This document shows, piece by piece, positions 56,307 through 64,000 of a stretch of DNA of 64,000 nucleotides; position 1 is the first letter of the stretch; every line of letters begins with the position of its first letter. Source of the DNA: Fibrobacteria bacterium (GTDB lineage: Bacteria > Fibrobacterota > Chitinivibrionia > Chitinivibrionales > FEN-1185); assembly GCA_037447435.1 (NCBI GenBank), contig JBBIGR010000008.1, forward strand, positions 64,001 through 128,000, read 5' to 3'. Position numbers and translations under genes: made by a program. The notes below the pieces were generated by a model that worked only from the letters and a program-made list of their open reading frames with translations, was not told the origin of the DNA and ran no database searches.

Positions 56307-58585
56307 GTTACGGCGCATTCTTCGTCTTCTTCCCGTTTTTCCTCCACGCTCAGCGCAGGCAGAAATAAACAGAACGTCGTTCCCCGGCCGATTTTGGAAT
56401 CGACGGTTATGTAACCCTCGTGTTTTTTTACAATTGAGTACGCTGCGGCAAGTCCGAGCCCGTTGCGGTTTTCCTTTGTCGTAAAATACGGATCGAATAT
56501 CTTTTCGATGTGTTCTTTGGAAATTCCGGCGCCTTCGTCGCGGACCGAGATGCAGACGTATACGCCTTCCTTCATTTGTGAAGCATGAATGATTTGCGAG
56601 GGGATATGCGACGATCCCGCTTGATCGATAACCGTATTATGCGCGGATATCGCTATCGTGCCGCCGCCCACCATTGCCTGATCGGCATTGACGACCAAAT
56701 TATTGATAACCTGGTCTATTTGGCCGCGGTCGATTTCCACGGGATACAAGTCGTCCGGCAAATCCAATTGATAGGTCGTGGTCGAGCCCGAAAGGCAAAA
56801 GCCGACGGCGTCTTCGATAAGCCGTTTGATAGACGTCCGTTCCTTGACGGGAGCGCCGCTGATGGAAAAAGTTAGAAGTTGCTTAGTGAGACGGCTGGCG
56901 CGAAATGCGGCAGCCTCGGCTTCGGTGATATACTTGTACGATTCGTCGTAGGGTTTGAGATGGATTTTGGCCGTAAATAAATGGGTGGCGATTTCCGAAA
57001 GGATGTTGCTGAAATCGCCGGCAATGCCTTCGGCGAGTATTCCCATGGATTCGAGCTTGCGGGTTTTAAATAATTCATTTTCAAGAATTTTATGGTCCGT
57101 CATATCGTGCAGCACCAATACCATTCCTATTATTTCGTTTTGTGCGTTATTGATCGGTGCGGCGCTACCGGAAATAAGCCGCTTGATACCGTCTTTTGAT
57201 ACGAGCTCCCACCCGTCTTCGCAATTCAAGGTGCGGCGCGAAGAAATAATCGAGGGCAAAATATCGGTGACACGCTTTTTATTTCGTTCGTTGATTATGT
57301 AAACGCAATCGTCGATATGCTTTCCTTCGATCGATTCGCGGCCGCAGCCGGTCAGCAATTCCGCGACATTATTGATAAGAATGATTTTGCCGTGTATATC
57401 CGTCGTAATGACGCCGTCTCCGATGCCGCTGAGCGTCACGGCCAAACGTTCGTTCGCCTGTTGGAGCTGTGCGGTACGTTGCGTCACTTTTGTTTCCAAT
57501 TCGTCATGCGCGGCGCGCAAGGCAGCTTCGGCATTTTTACGGTCGGTTATGTCGCGGCAGATAAAAACCATGCCGTGCACGACATCTTTTTTGTCTTTCA
57601 ACGTGGATGCCGATAAGGAAACCGGTATCGTATTCCCGTTTTTCGCTGAAAAAGACGTCTCGATGTCGCAAATATTGCCCGATGTTTGCATATTATAGAA
57701 CCAGGTTTTGTCCGACATCGGTCGGGAATTGGAAATGTCGGCAAATAAACGTTCGGATTTGATGCCGATGAGTTCGCCTTTTTTATAACCGAGCATGTTG
57801 CAAAGCGCGTCGTTAACGGTTTGTATCGTCCCGTCGTCATTGACAATAAGCAATCCGTCGGTCATGGTCGAGATGATTTTGTCCGCCGCTATCGCGGGAG
57901 TGAGCACGAACAGCCTGTGTTTCCACATTCCGTAGCCGATAAAGCAACAGGTCAGGAAAAAGGGGAACGTTGTTGCTTCCGGCTTCCATATTCCGGTGAC
58001 CATTGAAATGAATATCGACGCAAATCCGAAGCAAATCGGAAATATGAACCCGAGCGCGACATATTTCACCTGCTTTTTCTTCGTCGTTTCCTTTGTCGTA
58101 AAATAAAAACGGACCAACGTGCCGATGATGATTGCGGCTGCAATGCAAGACCAGAGAATATCCGAATAGTAAATCAGGTTGCGCGGACTGGTCAAGACCC
58201 AACCGTGTTCGGTATGGATCGGGGAGCCGGACATGAACGATTTCCATAAAGAAAGACCGCAAAAAACCACGCAGGGAACGTAAATGGCAATATAGGTAAT
58301 TGCCTTTTTCCGAAGGCGGGTTTTTTCCGTAAAAATAAGCGTGAAATGCAAAAGCAGAGAAACGCTCACGTTCCAAAACGAGAATAGTTTGATCCACATA
58401 TGGGCTTCATTGACATTTCGGGATAATTGCAGGCCGATGTCCGAAAGCATCCAAAAAGCGAACGACAAAGACATGAACATGAAAACGATATTCAATTGCT
58501 TACGGGGGTTTTGGAAATACACGAAGATGCTGATAAATATGCATATGGCAATTGCGTGCATATATAAAGTCGGCGACACAACCAT
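56282..58585 (-). CDS. HisKA_7TM-PAS-PAS sensor histidine kinase-like protein lacking the phospho-acceptor His
   Basis: Seven N-terminal TM segments, two PAS domains ending RDITDRK and HDMTDHK, H-box LAEGIAGDFSNIL, and intact N, G1, F and G2 boxes. Confidence 0.9.
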   Translation of the reverse strand: MVVSPTLYMHAIAICIFISIFVYFQNPRKQLNIVFMFMSLSFAFWMLSDIGLQLSRNVNEAHMWIKLFSFWNVSVSLLLHFTLIFTEKTRLRKKAITYIAIYVPCVVFCGLSLWKSFMSGSPIHTEHGWVLTSPRNLIYYSDILWSCIAAAIIIGTLVRFYFTTKETTKKKQVKYVALGFIFPICFGFASIFISMVTGIWKPEATTFPFFLTCCFIGYGMWKHRLFVLTPAIAADKIISTMTDGLLIVNDDGTIQTVNDALCNMLGYKKGELIGIKSERLFADISNSRPMSDKTWFYNMQTSGNICDIETSFSAKNGNTIPVSLSASTLKDKKDVVHGMVFICRDITDRKNAEAALRAAHDELETKVTQRTAQLQQANERLAVTLSGIGDGVITTDIHGKIILINNVAELLTGCGRESIEGKHIDDCVYIINERNKKRVTDILPSIISSRRTLNCEDGWELVSKDGIKRLISGSAAPINNAQNEIIGMVLVLHDMTDHKILENELFKTRKLESMGILAEGIAGDFSNILSEIATHLFTAKIHLKPYDESYKYITEAEAAAFRASRLTKQLLTFSISGAPVKERTSIKRLIEDAVGFCLSGSTTTYQLDLPDDLYPVEIDRGQIDQVINNLVVNADQAMVGGGTIAISAHNTVIDQAGSSHIPSQIIHASQMKEGVYVCISVRDEGAGISKEHIEKIFDPYFTTKENRNGLGLAAAYSIVKKHEGYITVDSKIGRGTTFCLFLPALSVEEKREEDEECAVTHTTDIAE

Positions 58586-58813
58586 AATACCCTTTGCTTT
58601 TTAAGCGATTAATGAAAAATGGAATGGAAATGCCAATGGGAATTGTAATTTCCATATAATTATTGTATCATCAGATAATCGCGGATGCAATGCTAATAAT
58701 ACTATTTTAAAACATGGTATACCTTTATTTTTCTAAGGGAAATGTATATTATTGAAAAGATTTTTAAAGAAAAAAAGCGATATCCCGGGTGTGAAAATTT
58801 AACAGGAGGATGT

Positions 58814-59959
58814 ATGATAAAAGTTTTTTCCCTGGTTTTTGCCGCAATCGTATTTTGCGCTCCACAAACAATTTTTGCCCAAGAAGAAAACATTTTATCC
58901 GAAGGTATGGGAGAGGGCGCAAACGCAGCCGAGGCGCTTATGGCTGCGAAACGGGACGCTATTGAAAAAGGCATTGGGACAATTCTTTTATCACAAACCG
59001 AAATCGAAAATTTCCAGGTCAAACGCGACCAAATTATCACCAAAACCATTGGCGCCGTTAAAAGTTTTGAGAAAATATCCGAAGGAAAAACCAGTGACGG
59101 ACTATTCCAGGTCAAAATAAAGGCAGTACTTTCCAGAAGTGCAATGCGGGAAGATTTGGCGTCGTTTCAGATTTTGATCGAATCCATGAATAAGCCCAGA
59201 ACCATGGTTATAATCGACGAAAATAATGTGGGAAATAATGAACCGAATAATGCCGCAAGCGAAGCCGCGATATTGCAATTTCTCAAAGATCCCTATGAAT
59301 TCGAGCTCATTGATCCTAAGGTGAATGCCGCGATTAAATCGTCTCAGGAAAAAATGGCCGCCATTGCGGGAGATGCAGCCGCAGCCGCTCATCTCGGTAT
59401 GCAGAACGGCGCAGAAGTAATCATTACCGGTTCCGCAATAAGCAGGGAAGCAAAGAACATGTCGCAAAGTTTGGGCGGAATGGTTTCGGTACAGGCCGAC
59501 GTGACATTGCGTGCGATTAATTGCAGTTCCGGAAGCATCATGGGAACTGCGCAAGCCCATGCAGCCAAAGTACATGTGAGCCCCAATACGGCCGGTACCC
59601 AGGCGATTTCCGCAGCGTCGCAAAAAGCGATCGGTCAATTGCTCGACGTCATAATCAAAGATTGGCAAAACAAACTTAATAACGGCGAATCGCTTTCAAT
59701 AACCGTCACGGGTGTTTCGACCTTTCGGATGAAAAATGATTTAATCCAAACCCTTGGAGGAATTTCCGGCGTGTCTGCGGTCCGCGAACGGAATTGGGAC
59801 ATGCAAAGCAAAATTTTTACCGTTGATGTCCAATACAAAGGAAATGCGAACGGCTTTTGCACAAGAATCGACGGATTTAAGCTTAAATCCGGCGCAGGAA
59901 GCATTGCGGTTTCCGGCGTGACCGGTCAACGGGTTACCTTGGCCGTTCAGGCCATGTAA
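58814..59959 (+). CDS. Secreted protein with FlgT N-terminal-like and CsgG/TolB-N-like domains
   Basis: GGAGG RBS; signal peptide ending IFA; A...AKRDAIEKGIGT.L.SQTEIENF.V..D.I.TK..G.V motif; AEVIITG...LRAIN.SSG.I. Confidence 0.6.
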   Translation: MIKVFSLVFAAIVFCAPQTIFAQEENILSEGMGEGANAAEALMAAKRDAIEKGIGTILLSQTEIENFQVKRDQIITKTIGAVKSFEKISEGKTSDGLFQVKIKAVLSRSAMREDLASFQILIESMNKPRTMVIIDENNVGNNEPNNAASEAAILQFLKDPYEFELIDPKVNAAIKSSQEKMAAIAGDAAAAAHLGMQNGAEVIITGSAISREAKNMSQSLGGMVSVQADVTLRAINCSSGSIMGTAQAHAAKVHVSPNTAGTQAISAASQKAIGQLLDVIIKDWQNKLNNGESLSITVTGVSTFRMKNDLIQTLGGISGVSAVRERNWDMQSKIFTVDVQYKGNANGFCTRIDGFKLKSGAGSIAVSGVTGQRVTLAVQAM

Positions 59960-59994
59960 AATCGGCATTTTGAAAAGAAAGCATAACTGAAAAC

Positions 59995-61056
59995 ATGATA
60001 CTTCGTAAGCAGACCAGACAGATTATCGTTCGGGACGTACCAATCGGCGGCAATGCCCCTGTTGTCGTGCAATCCATGACAAACACCAAAGCCGATGACG
60101 TCGACGGAACGCTGGCCCAAATAGAACGGCTCACCAAAGCCGGATGCAAAATAGTACGCATTGCATTGCCGAATAAAAATGCCGTTGTTCCTTTTGGAAA
60201 AATAAGGGCGCAAACAAAAGTCCCTATCGTTGCGGACATTCATTTCCAATACGAACTTGCCATTGCGGCAATCGAAGCCGGTGCCGATAAAATCAGGATA
60301 AATCCCGGCAATATCGGGTCTTCGGAAAATGTAAAAAAGGTCGTGGATGCGGCAAAAGCCGCAAAAATTCCCATTCGCATCGGCGTGAATTCCGGTTCCC
60401 TGGAAAAGCATCTTTTGGAAAAACACGGCGGGCCGACGCCTGCCGCATTGTGCGAAAGCGCGCTCGGTTTTATCCGCATGATGGACGATTTCTCGTTTGG
60501 AAATATTATTTTGTCCATCAAGGCAAGCGACGTGATGACTACCGTGAGCGCCTGCCGATTGCTTTGTGAGCAATCCGATGTGCCTCAACATATCGGGATT
60601 ACCGAATCGGGAACGTTGAAAAGCGGTACCATTCGGTCGTCGGTCGGTATCGGTACGCTGTTGGCAGAAGGAATCGGCGATACGCTTCGCGTTTCGCTTT
60701 GTTCCGATCCGGTCAATGAAATATACGTCGCCATCGAAATCCTTAAATCGCTCGGGCTTTCGCAAGGCCCCATGGTAATTGCCTGTCCGACCTGCGGCAG
60801 AACGCAACTCGATGTCGAAATGCTCGCTCAAAAAGTGGAAGAATTGGTCGCGCCCCTTTCCATCCCGATAAAAATAGCGGTCATGGGCTGCATCGTCAAC
60901 GGCCCGGGCGAAGCCAGGGACGCGGACATCGGCATTGCGGGCGGCATGCACGAAGGCCGGATATTCATTAAAGGACAACCGATTGCACGGGTCAAGGAAG
61001 ATAAATTGCTCGAAACGCTCTGGGAATATATTCAACGGGATTTTGTAAAGGGATAA
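59995..61056 (+). CDS. ispG: (E)-4-hydroxy-3-methylbut-2-enyl-diphosphate synthase
   Basis: VQSMTNT, VADIHF, RINPGNIG, RIGVNSGSL, HIGITESG, GIGDTLRVSL, CPTCGR, AVMGCIVNGPGEA. Confidence 0.97.
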   Translation: MILRKQTRQIIVRDVPIGGNAPVVVQSMTNTKADDVDGTLAQIERLTKAGCKIVRIALPNKNAVVPFGKIRAQTKVPIVADIHFQYELAIAAIEAGADKIRINPGNIGSSENVKKVVDAAKAAKIPIRIGVNSGSLEKHLLEKHGGPTPAALCESALGFIRMMDDFSFGNIILSIKASDVMTTVSACRLLCEQSDVPQHIGITESGTLKSGTIRSSVGIGTLLAEGIGDTLRVSLCSDPVNEIYVAIEILKSLGLSQGPMVIACPTCGRTQLDVEMLAQKVEELVAPLSIPIKIAVMGCIVNGPGEARDADIGIAGGMHEGRIFIKGQPIARVKEDKLLETLWEYIQRDFVKG

Positions 61057-61074
61057 CGTTCGAAGCAAGAATAC

Positions 61075-61602
61075 ATGAATACAATAGAATATTCCGTCTT
61101 AGATACCGGAAACACTAAAGATTGTTTTGAATACGAACACGCGTTTTTCCGCGCTTTCAGTTCAACGGAATTCGAACATATTTGGAACTACAATTACAAA
61201 TCAAAAACCATTACCGCAAAAATCCCCTATTCGAACCAACAGGTATTCACCGCGAAACTTCCGGCTAGGGTTGTTGCGGGCATTGCAATAAATTTCGGTA
61301 TGCAAAACCGATTGCAACTCGAAATGGAAGGATTTAAAATAGACAAATCGCAACCGGCGATTTGCGAAATTCTGGCAATGTTTTCGCTTCTCGGCATTAC
61401 AACGGGAACGCCCGTCATCAAATCCCTGACCGAATTTCTCATTAAAAATCTTGCGGAAAAAGAGATAACCACCGTCTACGGCACTTGCGACCAGAAAAAA
61501 GTAAGGGCATACGAACTCATCGGACTCACGGTCATCGATCAGGTCCTTTTTAAAAACGAAAAAGTGTTTCTTCTGGAAATGGCTTTGAATAAATATCTGT
61601 GA
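61075..61602 (+). CDS. Hypothetical protein, probable GNAT-fold / acyl-amide-synthase-like
   Basis: VVAGIAINF, LQLE..GF, ICEILAMF and ITTVYGTC..KKVRAYELIGL resemble GNAT motifs A/B. Confidence 0.5.
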   Translation: MNTIEYSVLDTGNTKDCFEYEHAFFRAFSSTEFEHIWNYNYKSKTITAKIPYSNQQVFTAKLPARVVAGIAINFGMQNRLQLEMEGFKIDKSQPAICEILAMFSLLGITTGTPVIKSLTEFLIKNLAEKEITTVYGTCDQKKVRAYELIGLTVIDQVLFKNEKVFLLEMALNKYL

Positions 61603-61678
61603 GACGTATGAGCTCTGCGGTTTTTTACGCGAGCATGGGTAAATCGTATTTATTTCGTAAATGTCTGCCCTGAAAATC

Positions 61679-64000
61679 TTATTTCAAATATAAAACTCCC
61701 AATGAATCGAAATAATTTTTCACGGAAAACCGATATGCTTCCGGAAAAATGCCCATAAAGGCTTTTTGGCGCATGCGATAAAATTTGTCTGCGCCCCGGT
61801 TGGCGCTAGCTGGGGAAGCGGGAGTCGATTCGCTGAAAATATTTTTCGCGCTTGTAGAGGTCCTGTCTTCCTTGCCTTCGTCCTGCTTATGCTGGGACAA
61901 TGTCGTTTCGAGCATCCGGGACAAAAATTTGTCTTGCCGGTCAACCAGTTCGGGCGAAGGCGAATCGAATTGCTTTGCAAGCCGCCGGGCTTCCTGTTCC
62001 AGCTCTTTTGCTTTACTATCAAGAGAAGGTCCGGCTTCTTTGCCGTATTTGTCCGCAAGTTTTTTGAGCGCGTCGGCAATTTCCTTTTGCTGCGCTTGCG
62101 CTTCGCTACGCGCCGCTTCGCCGCCCGCTTGTCCGTTTTTGGAAAATTGCGGATTTCCGCTCTCGCCCTGGGAAGACCCTTTACCCAGCATCCGCTGCAG
62201 CAATTCCCCGGTTAGCGAATTGAGCGACGCCTGCTTTTGCGAGAGCTTTCGCATTCCCTGCATCATAGACGAAGCGCCGCCGCTTTGTCCGCCCTGGTTG
62301 TTGGCCATTGCGTTAAGCGCGTCGAATATCGTTTTCGCAAGTTCGTTCATCGAATTTTGCGGTTCAGTCGAAAGCATGGGCGCATTGCTCGAAGATAAAA
62401 AACCCAGGTTTGCGTCGATATCGGCAATGCATTTTCCATACGCTTTTGAAATGGCGACCATGGATTGCGGCGAAGTCATTGCGAGGCTGTCCAGTTTCCC
62501 GCTACTGTTCTGTAAAGAAGATTTTACCGCAGTCTGGGTTGTGGCAATGTCTCCGGCTTCGGAATTCGGTTCGTTGACATTGTCGTTTAACATATGCTGC
62601 CAATCCGAAAGCGATAACGCGTCATGCGCCATAGACAGCAATATCCTCCGGTCGGATTCCATTTTTTTAGTCATTGCCGTGCTTTGTAAATTCATAAGAT
62701 CGTCCGCAAGGGACGACAGCGTTGCCGACATCTCTTCCTGCTTCGACGCCTGCGGCATTTGCGAGCTCGACATTTGCGAACGCATGGCGCTTTGCTGTTC
62801 TTTTAGTTTCGAAAGCGAGGGCAAATCTTTCCGGCCAAACAATGCGGAATCCGGCTTTTGATTCGCCTGTGCGTCTATTTTGGAAAGCAATGAGCCAACT
62901 GCCGAAGTCTGGTCCTTTTGCTTTGCCTTGCATTCGGCATTGTTTTGCGGCATGGTTGCGATGTCGTGCTGTTGCTTTGCCAATTCCCGGGCTTCGCTTG
63001 CCAGTTTCGCAAGCTCGCCATCGCGCTTCATCATGGCGATGAACTTTAACGCATTGTCCAGACGCTGGGACAATTCGGGCATCTGGGACTTAAACTGTTC
63101 CAAAGATTTTTTAAGGTCTTCCATGGAAATAGTTTCTTCGGTTTTGCTTTTAGCAAAAAGGAGACTGTCGCCGAACTGCTTGCGGAGCGCCTCGAGTTCC
63201 TGCTGGATCTGGTTCATTTTGTTCAGCAACTCTTGCGGCATGCTTTGCTGCTTTTTAATATTGTCGACCGCCTCTTTAAAGGAATCCAGCGCTTTTTGCA
63301 ACGAATCCGTTTGCGCGTTTACCGCGTTTTGAAGGTCTTTTGCTATTTGTTTTTGTTCCCACGAAAGCGATTGCTTGTTCTTTGTTGTTTGCAAAAGAGA
63401 AGCCACGGATTTTTGTATATCGTCCTGCTTTTTTTTGACCGAGCGCATCGTTTGTTCGGTTGCGTCCTGCTCGTTTGCTATTTGTTCGTGGATTTCGTCG
63501 AACGATGGAACGCGGAAAAAAAACGTGTCGGTAGAGGTCTTTTGCGGCCCGCCGTACGCCCGATTGTCCTGCGCGCTTGCCCAATAAAACAAGGTATCGT
63601 TGGGGTACAGCGAAAAGCGTTGAAAATTCAAACGGACCGTGATGCCCATGGCTTTTTGCAACGGTTGGGACATAGAGGGCTTGATATCGGAAAAAAGAAC
63701 GGGCTGCTCGCGGTTTTTTCGCGCAAATACCGAAACGTCTTTGATCCCGATATCGTCGATCGCTTCGATCATGAGGGTTTCGGCAACCGAAGGGTCGCAG
63801 GTTTTGTTCGCGTGCGGCTTGATAAAAGAAATTGTCGGCGCAAGATCTTCTATGATTTCTATGGAAAAGAAGGGCAGCGAATCGCTTTTTTGCCCGAACG
63901 TGTCGACAAGGGAAAAGGTATAGGACGAATGATTCTTCACCATGAATTCGCCGGAGGCCTTCATGCCTAAAACGGAGCATTGCAAGGAATCGTCGCTCGC
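61679..64000 (-). CDS. Large Gln/Ser-rich coiled-coil protein (DUF4175-like), 5'-truncated by the window edge
   Basis: The frame is open to the window end. IEIIEDLAPTI...AIDDIG...L.P.D...YW..A.DN, long Q/K/E coiled coils, terminal P..Y...VKNYF motif. Confidence 0.75.
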   Translation of the reverse strand, partial: ASDDSLQCSVLGMKASGEFMVKNHSSYTFSLVDTFGQKSDSLPFFSIEIIEDLAPTISFIKPHANKTCDPSVAETLMIEAIDDIGIKDVSVFARKNREQPVLFSDIKPSMSQPLQKAMGITVRLNFQRFSLYPNDTLFYWASAQDNRAYGGPQKTSTDTFFFRVPSFDEIHEQIANEQDATEQTMRSVKKKQDDIQKSVASLLQTTKNKQSLSWEQKQIAKDLQNAVNAQTDSLQKALDSFKEAVDNIKKQQSMPQELLNKMNQIQQELEALRKQFGDSLLFAKSKTEETISMEDLKKSLEQFKSQMPELSQRLDNALKFIAMMKRDGELAKLASEARELAKQQHDIATMPQNNAECKAKQKDQTSAVGSLLSKIDAQANQKPDSALFGRKDLPSLSKLKEQQSAMRSQMSSSQMPQASKQEEMSATLSSLADDLMNLQSTAMTKKMESDRRILLSMAHDALSLSDWQHMLNDNVNEPNSEAGDIATTQTAVKSSLQNSSGKLDSLAMTSPQSMVAISKAYGKCIADIDANLGFLSSSNAPMLSTEPQNSMNELAKTIFDALNAMANNQGGQSGGASSMMQGMRKLSQKQASLNSLTGELLQRMLGKGSSQGESGNPQFSKNGQAGGEAARSEAQAQQKEIADALKKLADKYGKEAGPSLDSKAKELEQEARRLAKQFDSPSPELVDRQDKFLSRMLETTLSQHKQDEGKEDRTSTSAKNIFSESTPASPASANRGADKFYRMRQKAFMGIFPEAYRFSVKNYFDSLGVLYLK

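Noticed and set aside
59947..61068. 373-aa antisense ORF
   Set aside because: Shadow of ispG on the opposite strand, with no recognisable motifs.
61785..63970. Long plus-strand ORFs (358 aa, 245 aa and others)
   Set aside because: Antisense shadows of the Gln/Lys/Glu-rich DUF4175-like gene; their Ser/Cys/Phe-rich composition is the expected mirror image.
1..64000. CRISPR arrays, tRNA/rRNA genes, IS elements, integrases, invertible promoters and defence systems
   Set aside because: I saw no regularly spaced repeats, RNA-gene-sized structured gaps, transposase or recombinase ORFs, or long inverted repeats around the promoter. Intergenic gaps are all under about 230 bp. A covariance-model search was not possible.

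Overview
Bacterial chromosomal window from a diderm organism; taxonomy cannot be fixed without a search. The left end carries housekeeping genes (partial Rne/Rng RNase, rplU, rpmA), a convergent wzz-wzy-GT2 trio, a PhnP-like hydrolase and pyrE. A NusG paralogue (RfaH/UpxY/LoaP type) then precedes a structured leader and a ~42 kb same-strand, tightly coupled 38-gene surface-polysaccharide operon (7897-49791). The operon encodes WbpB/WbpD/WbpI-like diacetamido-uronate enzymes, a HisH/HisF/WbuX amidination trio, three AsnB-like amidotransferases, about eight SAM methyltransferase-fold proteins, many glycosyltransferases, Wzx, a second Wzy-like protein, O-acetyltransferases, a WbpM/WbpV/PGT initiation set, and a DUF218 gene at each end. 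Its least explained part is a sub-cassette (11940-22948) that looks like a lipid-carrier-dependent pathway for building a heavily modified sugar and transferring it extracytoplasmically via a YfhO/GT-C-like protein. The GC-richer right end has pncC, znuACB, an ABC-F ATPase, an orphan radical SAM/twitch enzyme with an 11-bp direct repeat upstream, a 7TM-PAS histidine kinase whose phospho-acceptor His is replaced by Gly, a FlgT-N-like secreted protein, ispG, a GNAT/acyl-synthase-like gene and a partial DUF4175-like gene. No rRNA, tRNA, CRISPR array or mobile element was seen. All family calls rest on motif recognition by eye, not on database searches.
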